Part shown: in pieces, positions 50,149 through 62,542 of the stretch | How positions within the stretch are numbered: the first letter of the stretch is position 1 | How the letters are laid out: the number at the start of each line of letters is the position of its first letter | Assembly (NCBI GenBank): GCA_973895155.1 | Contig: OZ316896.1 | Location: 4,593,925 to 4,657,924 of the forward strand | DNA from: Marsupella aquatica | Lineage: Eukaryota > Plantae > Marchantiophyta | Length of the DNA: 64,000 nt | Reading direction: 5' to 3' | The notes under the pieces: generated by a model | What the model was told of the DNA's origin: nothing | Seen by the model: the letters and a program-made list of their open reading frames with translations, nothing else | The model's database searches: none | Made by a program: the position numbers and the translations under genes

Positions 50149-52329
50149 TCAGGACATACAATCACTCACCTTATGACTGTTGATGAGGAAAATCAGTTTC
50201 TTGTCCAAACCATCGAACTCTGAGATGTTTAATGTTTCAATCCGCTTGCTATTATACAGCCTCTTTAAAATTTGCACCTTGGCAATCTCGAACGGGTCCC
50301 TTGTTTCAGGAGAAAACATTGGCAGCTTAGGTTTAATTTTTCTGTATCGAGCCTTTGTAGTCGGGTAACTTGCATCGAGAGCGTCCGGGAGAGCGTCCAA
50401 AGTCATCGCTTGGGGGCTCTGTAGTCCTACGCTAGTTGGGTGACCTCCCGGGTAACCTACACGGGATTCACTTGCAGTTGTGCCCGCCCAATCATGAACT
50501 GAACTTGAATCTGATTGCAACGGTAGAACAGCCCTAGGTACAGCAACAGGTACCGTGGTTCTGCTGCTAAGGTTAGAATCCCACGTTGCAATGGGAGAGT
50601 CCAGATTCATGGCTTCTTCGCTGTCGTCTAGGCTCATATTGGCATCAGAGAAGTCAGAAATAGGAGATCGAAATTCTTCAGAAACCCTGGCTGGAAAGTA
50701 CTGGCTTGACGGGACCACATTGGATACGATAGCGAAGTCCGATTGCAAGTCAAAGTGTCCTTCCGCACCCTGCACATTCCTCTGAATGAAATCTCCTTTC
50801 TTTACTTCCTCTGCTACTAAGTTATACATCCACTCGTCCTCGCCGTTTGAGAGCTCACTTGGGATTTCTGCACCTACGTTGTTGACAGTGTGGTTGGTCT
50901 GGCGAAGTTTAGAAGCAGACTCACGATTCTCCAAGACAGTACTGTGCTGAGAAGATTTCAAAGTGGCATGTGCCGATGATGACTGTATATAATTGTCACA
51001 GGCATCAAAGAAGTCGGAAATAAGAGATCGCGTCGACTCCCAAACCCGGGCTGGAAAATGTTGGCTTGAAGAAAACACATTAGATACAATAGGGAAGTCC
51101 GGTTGCAAGCCAAAGTGCCCTTCCAAACCCTGCGGACGGGCCTGCGGGTTCCTTGGAATCCAAGCACCATTCTTCACGCCATCTGCTAGTGCTTGACCTA
51201 GCGAGTCCTGGTCTGTGCCGTCTGTGCCGTCTGTGAGGTTGAACTGGTCACTTGGAATTGCCTCTTCAATGTTGCTGTCTGTATGGTTGGTTGCGTGAAC
51301 TTGGGCAGCAGAGTCAGGAATCTCCAAGACAGTACTGTGCTGAGCAGATTTCAAAGGGACATCTGCCGATGATGACCTTATCTGGTTGTCACAGGCAAAG
51401 AAGTCAGAAACAGGCGATCTCGACTCCTCGCAAACCCGGGCTGGAAAATGCTGGGTTGAAGAAATCACATTGAGTACTCGATGGGCCTGCAGATTCCTTG
51501 TAATCCAAGCTCCGTTCCTGATGCCGTCTGCTATTGCTTGACCTAGCGAGTCCTGGTCTGTGCCGTCTGTGAGGTTGATCTTGTCACTCGGAATTTCCTT
51601 TTCCATGTTGCTGTCTGTATCGTAATTGATTGCGTGAACTTCTGTGCCGTCTGTGAGGTTGAACTGGTCACTTGGAATTGCCTCGTCCATGTTGCTGTCT
51701 ATATGGTTGATTGCGTGAACTTGGGCAGCAGGGTCAGGACTCTCCAAGACAGTACTGTGCTGAGCAGATTTCAAACGGAAATCTGCCGATGATGACCTTA
51801 TCTGGTTGTCACAGGCATCAAAGAAGTCAGAAACAGGAGATGTCGACTCCTCGCAAACCCGGGCTGGAAAATGCTGGCTTGAACAAATCACATAATTGAG
51901 TACTCGATGGGCCTGCAGATTCCTTGGAATCCAGGCTCCGTTCCTGACGCCGTTTGCTAGTGCTTGACCTAGCGAGTCCCCTCCCGTGCCGTCCGTGAGG
52001 TTGATCTTGTCACTCGGAATTTCCTTATCCATGTTGCTGTCTGTATGGTAATTGATTGCGTGAACTTCTGTGCCGTCTGTGAGGTTGAACTGGTCACTTG
52101 GAATTGCCTCTTCCATGTTGCTGTCTATATGGTTGATTGCGTGAACTTGAGCAGCAAGGTCAGGACTCTCCAAGACAGTACTGTGCTGAGCAGATTTCAA
52201 ACGGAAATCTGCCGATGATGACCTTATCTGGTTGTCACAGGCATTAAAGAAGTGAATAACAGAAGATCTCGATTCCTCACAAACTCGAGCTGGAAAGTGC
52301 TGGCTTGAAGAAACCACATTCGAGACCAC
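50149..52329 (-). CDS. Uncharacterised acidic Ser/Asp-rich protein built from ~130-140-aa tandem repeats; upstream part (to ~53030) is frameshifted
   Basis: 726-aa ORF with repeated SSQHFPARVCEESxSPVSDFFDACDNQIRSSSADFRLKSAQHSTVLES and INxxDSNMxxxIPSDxxNLTDGT units; basic C-terminal segment and probable donor AAG|GTGAGT near 50170. Degenerate units continue to ~53000. Confidence 0.5.
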   Translation of the reverse strand: MVSNVVSSSQHFPARVCEESRSSVIHFFNACDNQIRSSSADFRLKSAQHSTVLESPDLAAQVHAINHIDSNMEEAIPSDQFNLTDGTEVHAINYHTDSNMDKEIPSDKINLTDGTGGDSLGQALANGVRNGAWIPRNLQAHRVLNYVICSSQHFPARVCEESTSPVSDFFDACDNQIRSSSADFRLKSAQHSTVLESPDPAAQVHAINHIDSNMDEAIPSDQFNLTDGTEVHAINYDTDSNMEKEIPSDKINLTDGTDQDSLGQAIADGIRNGAWITRNLQAHRVLNVISSTQHFPARVCEESRSPVSDFFACDNQIRSSSADVPLKSAQHSTVLEIPDSAAQVHATNHTDSNIEEAIPSDQFNLTDGTDGTDQDSLGQALADGVKNGAWIPRNPQARPQGLEGHFGLQPDFPIVSNVFSSSQHFPARVWESTRSLISDFFDACDNYIQSSSAHATLKSSQHSTVLENRESASKLRQTNHTVNNVGAEIPSELSNGEDEWMYNLVAEEVKKGDFIQRNVQGAEGHFDLQSDFAIVSNVVPSSQYFPARVSEEFRSPISDFSDANMSLDDSEEAMNLDSPIATWDSNLSSRTTVPVAVPRAVLPLQSDSSSVHDWAGTTASESRVGYPGGHPTSVGLQSPQAMTLDALPDALDASYPTTKARYRKIKPKLPMFSPETRDPFEIAKVQILKRLYNSKRIETLNISEFDGLDKKLIFLINSHKVSDCMS

Positions 52330-54363
52330 ATTGAATACCCGACGGGCCTGATTCCTTGGAATCCAAGCTTCGTTCCTGACGCCGTCGATCTGCTAGTGCT
52401 TGACCTAGCGAGTCCCTCCCGTGCCGTCCGTGAGGTTGAACTGGTCACTTCGAATTTCCTCATCCCTGCTACGGCCTGGCCCGCTGCATGATCCGGTAAC
52501 CTCCAACAGATTTATGAATCTCCAAGCCGGTGTCCTGTGCACATTGGATAGTCACATCTGATCGACGACCATGATGACCGTATCTGGTTGTCACGAGCAT
52601 CAGAGACGACGTGAGAGATAGGAGATTCAAATTCTTCAGAAAAATAGGAAGTGTAATTAAGATGGCTCAAAGAGATCTCGTCGGACTCAAGCGAGAAGCC
52701 CAGCGCGCGTATGCTGAACGACTCTTCCACACCCTGCTCTTCTTCATTGGAAACAAAATCCGCACGCGCTTTCCATTCTGCTACTGTTACTTCTCCTACT
52801 AGCGAGTACAGATGTGAGCCTTCTGAGAGATCGAATTCAGCAGCTAACATGTCCAGTTTCGTCTGGGTCTGGTTAGCTTTAACAGCGACGTACTTCTTGA
52901 CTCTCCAAGACCATATGCGGAGCGGACTTCAAAGTCAGATCTGGAGTGGACGACATCTATCTGGCTATCAGTTCCACCAGGTTTTACTTCATCTCTCGAC
53001 AGTCTGTAGACTCGGGCAGTCAGGTGGCGGCCACGATATATTTAATTAGGGTTTACGTTAATGTAGATCGCCGGATGTTGAGTGATTAGTACATGTGAAC
53101 CTTTCAGATAGTTTGCTAACAATCTTCATTTTTAGATGATAATCAATTAGACAAAGATCTTAGGATAGATCGACATCACATGAACCAATTACTAGCAACT
53201 GCCAATTGTCCCTACAATCTCGATCATGCGCTGTCATTTTCTAGCTATCAGCTTAACACTGCGTTAACCCTAAACCCATGAAAAAAACGTCGTTGCCTTA
53301 ACAGTGATCGCCCAAAGATAGATTAATCTAGAAGTTATTACAGTCGATAAAACAGAATCCGATGGAGCAGTGGCCAGCAAATGCTACATAATTACGGGTC
53401 TCGTCCAGATCGACAAGTCTATAGATGCAGCAATGAAGCTATACTTGCACCTGTCGACAATCACACCTTATCAACACCGTTTTGTACTTAGTTGCCAGGT
53501 TGATGGTACGTACAGCCATGCCGCCACTAACTTCGGGCAGCATGCACCTTTCCGCTAGTTGAGGGACGGAGGGTTTATATATTGAATCATGCTTGAAGGA
53601 CGACATTTGTAATAACAATTTGTGAAAGTAAAGATTGGGAAGGAATTGCCTTCGAGCAAATTCGGCAGGCCGAAATACAATCTCACTAACTCTCCTGCCT
53701 CGGCCCAGAAATCTGCTCATTACCATGAGAACTTTACTTCAGCTGTTCTCCACGTCAGTTGCGTTAGGTCTGGTAAGCCATGCCTCCTGGTTAAAAATTC
53801 CAAAGTCTGTTCCAGATCGAGTGATTGCCAGTACTTCTTTTGCCAGTTGGTTTGGGCCTGAACCAGCCGTCACCTCTCGATCCTCAAAATCTGCCACGTG
53901 TTTCAAATTGATTGGTGGGCATTGTTTAGCTCTCCACCTGGGCTTGTCAAATTTAGGGTTTTCGACTTCTAAGTTGCCATGTACCTGATCCGGTGCAATT
54001 TGTCACGTAGTACAGTGTTTGTGTTTATCTTCCCACTGATACTCCACACTTCCTTCCCGTTCTTTCAGCGTATTTAAGGAACAATCAGGTACTATCATCC
54101 GCATATTGCATTCTCGTTCTTGCTGCATGATCCTCGCCCGCTACATTTTGTAGCTGGCTCTCTTCCGTGGCTTGGTGGAGTAGTTGTTAATTTTCAACAC
54201 TATCTCGTTTGTCGTCGCACTGTTATATGTACAGGTTTCGTTTTGTTTTTACTCTCTCTTTCCCATCAGGTAACTACTGCAGTTCTTCTAGGTAGCTATA
54301 TACAGACTCGTTTGGCTTCATTGCTTACTTGGGATCGAAAGCTAAGCAAACCTGAAAATTACA

Positions 54364-55900
54364 ATGGAACCTGCAAATTAACTTGCAATTGCTCTTTATC
54401 AGTGTCCCCGCTACTCAACAGGTTGCGAGTGTTTTTGTGAATCTCTATTACAAACTCTGAGAGACCATCCAGAGTTGGTGCTTAATACGTTTACAGAGCC
54501 TCAAGCACAATCACTCGCGCTGAGGTAGGAAGCGATGGGACAGAATGTCAGTATATGATTTCGAGAAGAAGCTAGCTCAAGGCTACCGATTGTGGCGGCT
54601 GCTTCATACGGATATCTTCACTGTGGACTCTTAAAGTAATTCCCTCATGGAGGGAATACTTGTAATCGTGACAGGATCACTTGTAAGAAAAGAAGGAGTC
54701 CCTCAGGAGGTCGGCTAGTTTGTCAAAAATGACATCTTCCGTTGTCTGGATAGGGAAGATTCTGAGACAATAATGAGTTTGGAGCCTGTAGCAGCTGAAG
54801 ACTCTAGACAGTGTGTTCTTCAACTCAGAATCAGGGTTCTCTTTGTCTCCGAAGATCAGAGATCAAGAACTCAATGTAACGCTTGTGGTGAATGAATTGA
54901 AAGTCATACGTCAGTGGACAATATAGGCAAGCCCCCACCCTGCAGGGTGAACGTAATGGTGGAAGGAATTGTACGTGGGCACTGAGCCCCGCACTGAGCA
55001 AGAAGTGTCACCATCAATCTCTACACCAGATGTGGAGGTTGGGGGGGAGGAAACCGTTAGCTTCGTGGACGCTGAGCAGGAAGCCGGGCAAAAATTGGTA
55101 CCAGCCTCTATATCAGAGATCGAGCGTGCCACAGAGGAATAGTCCGGGCAGTGGAGAGTAATTAAGAAACAGAAGCTAGGGGACAAACTTTCCAACAAAG
55201 GTCGAGCTTGCGGCCAAGGAAATCATTACCTCAGCTGGCCACGAGCAAGAAAGGACCACAAACCTGTACGTCAGAACTGGTGGCAAGCTCTAGAAGCTGA
55301 AGATGATAATATCCAACAGTCAAAACCGCACGTGAAGACTACAGTTATTGACGGGCAGTTCATCCCACTTCTGTTCCCTGATCCCTCAGCTGACCAGACA
55401 TCGGAAGAAGTTTCAAAAAGATTTTGCCATTCTTTGAGCTATGCATCTGTTTTGAGGGTGAAGGAGGAATTCCAAGCATTTCATCCGTTACTTCGTCATT
55501 TGCCACAGGACACAGAGTGCATTCTCAAACCTGCTTCATACTTGCATCCTCCCTGCAGAGCTTTGACCACTTCCCAGCGTGTGCTGGAGAAGTTGAAGAT
55601 ATTTTCATCTTCAGCAGTTGATGAACGGACTATTTATATGAAGAACCTGCCATTGAGCACCTCGATCCACTTCTGAGGTGGAAGTCGAACTTAGACTGGT
55701 TGGGCTCTTAAACGCTGGAGGGGTGACCCTAAAGGGCCAAAACGATGGAGTATGCTATGCATTTGTTCAGTTCAAAGATAGTGCTTCGGCCAAGGCTGCA
55801 ATTGAGGCGTCACCACCATTCCTTTGGTGGCCGTCCTGTTTATATTTCCAAGAAGAGATCAGAGTCCAGAACAGAAGGTGTTAGGGCAGCTCATGGCCCC
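54364..55900 (+). pseudogene. Processed pseudogene of an NTF2+RRM (G3BP-like) protein
   Basis: Collinear fragments with stops/frameshifts and no evident introns: PATQQVASVFVNLYY, HPELV, DIFTVDS, EGILVIVTGSL, PQE..FVKNDIFRCLD (NTF2); SYASVLRVK; TIYMKNLP, GVCYAFVQFKDSASAKAAIEAS, FGGRPVYISKKR (RRM). Confidence 0.8.
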
Positions 55901-58900
55901 GGAAAAAGGGGGCAGTTATTTAATCTTTTATTTGAGCTGTGGGTAGTCAGGGCCAGGCTAGGTAATTACCTTTTCTGCTTCTGGCCGGAGCTATCTTTGG
56001 AGAATGTGGACGTGAGAAAAAGTCGGCGAGTGCTAATCTAGCTTTTGACTTGGAAGAAGATCAATGCATACTGGTCGAGGTGGCTTATATATAGCTTTGA
56101 GATGAATTCATATAACAGCCAATGATCCTCAAGTCGTAGAAGTCTTTGTTGTACAAAATAACAATTATAGTTTAGGATTGGAATTGTAAATCTGGCTCGA
56201 GCTAATCCTCAACGAATCAAACATGTATGTTTCTATACGGACTCAAGATAGCTAGTATTAGCTTTCAAAATTTTTGTAAATAGCTGAAGCTGTAATCGGG
56301 GCTGTAACTGATGGTGGTTTGGTTTTATCAGTCCAGCCTATATGAAGCTAGCTTTCGATCAAAAGTTTTGTATATGGTTGAAGCTGTAACCAGGGCTGTA
56401 ACTAATCGATGGTCGTTTAGTTTTATCAATCAAGATATATAGGAAAGGAGCATTGGATCGCGCTGATCAACATGAATGAGTAGTCTTTTCTCCCGTTTTT
56501 TCTTTCCTCTGGTTGTTGTACGTTATTTGTGTGGTATCATCTAGTTCCTTTGAAATTGGCCGTCGGCTGCGGAAACAGCAAAGGATATAATTCCAAGTTC
56601 TTAGAGACCCGGCTCTTGAGGCTGATAAGTAAAACGATTATTACTATCCTAACTATTTCTGGGACTATTTCATTACGAGGCAAGAATGAAAGCCTATAAA
56701 ATGAGGCCAGGTAGTGATTAGGAAAAATTCTTGGGTTTGTTCTAAAATATGAGAAGAATATAGCAAATTTAAAATAAGTTTCAGTCAACGTTCCGAAATA
56801 AAGGCCTCTTTCGATCACCTGTCTAATATGAGACAAGCGCGTACCAGAAGAATTGGTAGGGACGCTTTGTTCAGTCTTCTTGCAGTTTAGTTTACTCTGT
56901 GTTTCAAATTGGTACGAAAACTTCAACGTACTGCTATATTTAGTCCAGAAAATTGGTTATCGTTCAGGACATCCGATCCCCGAGTTTCTGGCTATCGATC
57001 GAGGCGCGCAGGCAAGAAAAGAATCAGATACGAGCATTCTTTATAATCACGTACTATTAATATCTGCTGCACGGTTCGATCGTCTGGTTATGCAAACAAT
57101 CGATCTCTTGTTCCAGGAATATAAGATGATTGATCGGACTGCAAATCCAATTGTGATGGACCAACACTACCTGCAACAGTGGCTCCTTTGGAACTTGTGG
57201 AAGCTACGTACCCTTCCAAAGTATTAATATATTAACAATTGGTCTCACAACATCAACTACTAAAACATAAGAGGATTATCGGGAACGGAAGCAGCTGTGC
57301 AATACCAATGCAGCTAGACGTTACTGCTGGTCTGCAAAAGAATCAGCCCTCTATGACATATCTCGACCTGGTGCAGACCTCAGGCAATACAAGCTGCGAA
57401 TTCATCTTGTGTCAATACCCGCTGCAGGTACTGCTGGAGGGATGGAGGCCCCTGCAAGCTGTCTCTCTTCCTAATTACATAGCGGGATGAGGGACGAGGG
57501 ATGCAACAGATTAAACTAGGTTCGATGAGGGATGCAACAGATTAAACTAGTCTGTAGCTACCAAGTGTGTATGAATTTGATCCGCGTTTGCTAAACCTCT
57601 ACTTGAACACTCCCTAGAAACTTAGTTAAGGATCTTAGAACACCTTATTAGTGCTCGAAGCAAAATTAACGGAGAAAGGTAATCTGTGTGTGATGCAAAT
57701 TGAGGTCTATCTATCTCACTTTAGCTTGCTTGATGGACTGCCATGATGATTGATAGTTTTCTGGCATTGTGTAAACTCCTGCCCCTCGTGCGCTTTGATG
57801 GTCATATGCGGTGACTCTGGCATCGACTAAACTCTTTTGGGTTCTCCGAGTCAAAAGCATATCTGACTCTACCATCATTTACAGCTAGACTGCATGTCTT
57901 AAAGTACTTGCACCTCGTACTTTCAATTTAAAAACGAGAATATCTCATCATACAGATTTGTAACGAAATGGGACATGATTGTTGTAGAAGGGAGGCATCA
58001 CCGGAGGCATCTACTAAATAATGACCAGACAGTATTTGTCACCAATTCTCTATATGATACCTATCGAAGTCAGCATTTATACACAATCGCACGCTCCAAC
58101 TATCACTAAGTTGCAGAGACTAGGGCGGAAAGAAGAAGAAAATGCCGCGAAGCTCCAGTGAACGGTAATTGCCTTAATACATATAATTTGATATCTGAAA
58201 CTTTATGACAAATCCGTTACGATTTCCAATAAATGAACTGAACTAAGAATTTATCATAATGGCCAATCCCAATTCTTAAAAAGTGATGCATGTCCTTAGA
58301 TCTTCAGCAATACATTTTCTTTTGGAAAAACTCTGAAAGAAATAGCCCCAAAGCCGTGCTGGAATAGTAGTTCTGTCTTTACTCTAACAAAGATTGTCGC
58401 GACGGGTCGAAAAAGGAAGGCCAGATACAGCTATTCGTTCCGACAAGAATTTCGTATTGAGTCAATTTCTCCGTCCTTAACTTTCGAAAATTTCTTGCCG
58501 TTCGCAAAAAGTTAATGGGCCGTGCTGCCATCCTTCAAAATGCTCTCAAGAAGGAATGTCACGACATAGGGCGAGGGAAGAGTTATAGAGTACCACTGCA
58601 ATGTGGACAAAAGAACTTCCTCGTCATCCACACTAGTTTTTGAGGCAAAATGAAGAAAAATTGCTACAGTAATCAAATCTTGCCTGCCCCAATGTTCATT
58701 TCGTTTGGTCATCACAAAATGCACGAAGAGAACTGGAAACCCTAAAACCTTAGCAGAGTATTGCGTAGCGGCAGCAGGATCTGGAGTAAGTTACTCCTGT
58801 ATGTAAAGTTGATTGGCGCGGTTGATTGTACAGCTGGACTGCGGGAAGCAATATCTCAAGCCCGTATGTAGTATTCCTATTATGGATAGGTAAGTACACT

Positions 58901-59744
58901 AGACGGATTAACAGATAATTTCGTGGAACCTCACAGTAACAAAAAGAACTACAGTGGACGCCTGGTACCTAACCAGCCCCCTGGGCCCAGGTCACAATTA
59001 GCCGCAAAGAAGAGCATGAACAACAAAACCGACACGGGCCCATCCAACTCTTTTGGTACTTTGGGGCCCTCATGAAGGCTAATTTTTTGTCGAGGCCCCA
59101 CAAAATCCATTTCTCTCATTAAACATCCAATGCAGTTGACCAAAGGCATTGGTTTGGTGCGCTTTCACTCTCGTCAGGGGACACATGATCAGCATTTCCT
59201 ATCTAATCGAGCAGGGTTGTGGACTCCCACTTGCACCGGGAAACCTTGACCGTGAATTGCATTATTGCACATCCTTTTATCCTTTAATTCTTGAACCGCG
59301 CCGTGACAGATTTCTGGTGTGAATAGTTCTTCGTGCTTTTAGTCCCAGGCTGACCGTTCGCGTACTCCAGAGAAGCCTCAAGAGCTGCATTACGGTACGT
59401 ATAGTACTCAAGTACAGTATTTCAGTAGAGCTGGATGCCGATCTGCAGGAGAAGCTCAAATCCACAACGCAACGAGTGCAGGTAGCGATCAATGTCTCCT
59501 AGCTGAGCCGCTGACTTTCTACAGCCGCTACAAGCTACAATCACCGATTCTAGTGCCGAACTGCCCAAAGTCTCGAACCCAAAGCCGGGAAAGTGCCGCA
59601 CAATAGATCAACTGGTCTAATACCTCAGAGCTTCCTTACATGCGCAAGACAGTACAGTGTGAGGAGGATGAGCTCGTACAGTGTGAGGAGGATGAGTAAT
59701 TAATATTAGAGGACAGACTCCCATCCCATTTCAGTCAGGGTCAG

Positions 59745-59950
59745 CCTCCAAATTCCAAAATAATCTCCCATCATGCCATGCTCCACTATGTCTCTCTTGC
59801 GTACGGGGTTGACTTTATTAAAACGTCCACTATTATGAGCGATAGTCCTCCCTCCAAAATAATCTCCGGTCATGCCATGCGCCACTATGTCTCACTCTCT
59901 TGCGTACGGGGTTGACTGAATTAAACCCTCCATTATTATGTGCGATAGTG
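59745..59950. repeat. ~100-bp tandem duplication
   Basis: tccaaaataatctcc..tcatgccatgc.ccactatgtctc..ttgcgtacggggttgact..attaaac..cca.tattatg.gcgatagt occurs twice. Confidence 0.8.
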
Positions 59951-61112
59951 CTCCCACTGAGCACAGGTTGCGAAGTCGTAGCGAGAAAAATTAGTGACCT
60001 AAACATCTCACAGGAATTTCCAACTTTAGGTGAGCACGGTGAAATGTGAAATATATATCTGACTGGCTTGTGACCTTTCATCGCCATCACACCCTACTTG
60101 GGATTGCCTTCTAGAAGTATACTCAAGGAACTCAAGGATTGCTTTCAGGATAGTTCCCAAGAAATTTCGTAGCTGACTCTGGATCTATATAAACGTCTCA
60201 AGAACATTTGGGAGCACGAATCTGGCCTGGTCTCCTGAACGGCCTGAGAACCATCCGCCCGCCATATTTGCTACGCTTTCCCTTTTCGAGTTAAGTCCCG
60301 GAAAGAAACGCGACAAGGCAACGACAAGACGGTCAAATCATTGCAAAAGTTACAGATTTAAAATAGTACCCATGAATGTTTCTCGATCTGTGAATCTGTG
60401 ATGCTCAGGAAACAGAATCCCGGCGGTTTAAAACTCACCAGTCAAACTATATTTTACTTAATAATTAAGTATCCAAGTTCCAATATGCTTAATCGAGACG
60501 AGATATAGAAGCTTCATGTTCCCTGTCCTTCTACTGTAAATGGCCCGAGTTGATCAATCTCTCGCTTGGAATTGGTCTCATGCTTTCTTCTTTCCACTGT
60601 CACACTCAGTATTGATTGAGACTTGCACTCCATCTCCTCTCTCTTCTACTTCATAGAACGTGCTCTATCAACAAACTATGACAGAAAGACCAGGCAACAG
60701 TCGGGACATCAAATCATTCTTCATTTTGATAAAAAAAAAGACTTGCATTAATTTAGAGACCACAGCCAGAGAGAGCCAGTCAACCTGGGCAGAGATTGCA
60801 ATCACCCAACGTCCACGAACGTCCCTAACCTTATACACGTCATTTCAAGAGAAGGGCCATCAAACCCCCGCCGAGGGAAGGTCCCAGGAACGATTTATTA
60901 GCTTGTCCAATACTGTAAGTAAACCCTTAGCTACTGTAGGTCCACGGAAGGTGGACCAACAACAATATATAATAGGGAGTGTCATAGTTCTCAGGTTATG
61001 GCTTTAATTTTTGGACATATCAGGCACCCTAATGGTATACTTATTTTGGTAGCCCACGGCCATTTTTTCCTGGCCATAAAAGCACTTTATGTACTCAACT
61101 ATAACTGAATTA

Positions 61113-61941
61113 CAGTAAACTCTAGATAAACGCACCCCTCTCGGGAAGAAGGATCTGGCATGCACTTAAGCAGGTGTTGCATGACTTGATAAGCGCACAT
61201 CCCACTAAAAGTGTTGTAATAGGTAATTGTTGTAATAGATAAGTGTGCTTAATTTGGGATCCTTTGTTAAATGTGTAATTATCCAGGGTTTCTTCCAAAT
61301 CTGGGCAAAGTGCACTATGATTTTGTTTGACTTCATTTGCAGTCACATTGGCAAGCAATGAGAAAGATTTCTTCAAGATTCTACCGACAGTAATTTGATG
61401 TACCTTAGCGCCTGAAGCCCATTCAACTAGAGCTTTGTTTGTGAGCTCTGGATGCTTTGGCTTGTGGCGACACATTTCTTGCTTCTACTTGTGAGTCAGT
61501 GTTGTCATTTTCCTTTCCTCCATGTTGATTCCACCTGACTACCCCAATGATTCACGAGCTACAGTACCATGAGCTACAGTGCGCAGCAGTGTTCGCATGC
61601 TCTATGGACCCCGTAGTCAGCCTCGATCGTACCTTAATCCCTGCCCTAATTCTTTGCCCACACTCCTTAAGTGCATTATGTACTCTACTAATAATGGGCA
61701 TGCCTTTATCAGTAAATGACACGTCTGGAGTTTATGCATTTACAAATAAGCGCATTCAATCACTTATCCAGGGTAAGCGCTTAGAAAGGTGTCGTTTAGC
61801 GGAATGATTTTAGCCCTAAGTGCGCTTAGAAAAAACGCTTAAAAACCGCTTATCCTGTGTAAAAAAAAGGGGAAGAACAAGATGGCATGCAATAATCCAG
61901 GGTAAGCGTTTATGGAGAGTGCATTTATCCAGAGTTCACTG
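61113..61941 (-). mobile_element. pogo/Tigger-like (Tc1/mariner superfamily) internally deleted DNA transposon
   Basis: TA|cagtaaactctagataaacgcac ... gtgcatttatccagagttcactg|TA (TIRs 20/23, TA TSD). Minus-strand CENP-B-type HTH fragment MEERKMTTLTHK*KQEMCRHKPKHPELTNKALVEWA...VHQITVGRILKK...CPDLEETL; no DDE domain. Confidence 0.8.
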
Positions 61942-62145
61942 TAGAGTGCTGCTTTGACGCAGTGCTGCTTTGACGCACCATAATCTACCGCAGAGGTCCA
62001 AAGATGAAGATTCATCTTCCTTTTTGCCGAGTATGTAATTATTCCAATATTTGGGGGTTTAATACAATGTTGTGAGTGAAAATTTTAGTATTTTCTGACT
62101 GTTGCGTGAGTGAACATACATGCTGTGCTATAATCGCAGGTGTAC

Positions 62146-62319
62146 AGCATGCATACTTATCACACAATTGAGGGTGACTTTACATGACTTCATTTGGGGC
62201 ACTTATAACGGTACCAAAGCAAACTGAGAGCCAGCATGCATACTTATCACACAATTGAGGGTGACTTTACATGACTTCATTGGGGGCACTTATAACGGTA
62301 CCAAAGCAACTGAGAGCCA
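62146..62319. repeat. ~87-bp tandem duplication
   Basis: cagcatgcatacttatcacacaattgagggtgactttacatgacttcatt.ggggcacttataacggtaccaaagcaa occurs twice. Confidence 0.88.
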
Positions 62320-62542
62320 CCGCTTGCAAGTCCAACCCTAAAATCTTTTGACAGGCCGGGAGTTCAATAAATGGGAATCCCCTCAAATGAAAGGAGCCAA
62401 AGTTTGGAAATGCTCAAGAACACTTGTGGAAATGATCTAAGATTCTAGTGAAAAAACAGCACCCTACATTAGGATTTACTTGGGCCCAGGCATTGCTTGC
62501 CTTGTGGGATCTCTAGACAAGATATCTGAATTACACTCTTTA

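Noticed and set aside
56537-57490. ORFs of 83-129 aa
   Set aside because: No recognisable motifs or consistent exon structure.
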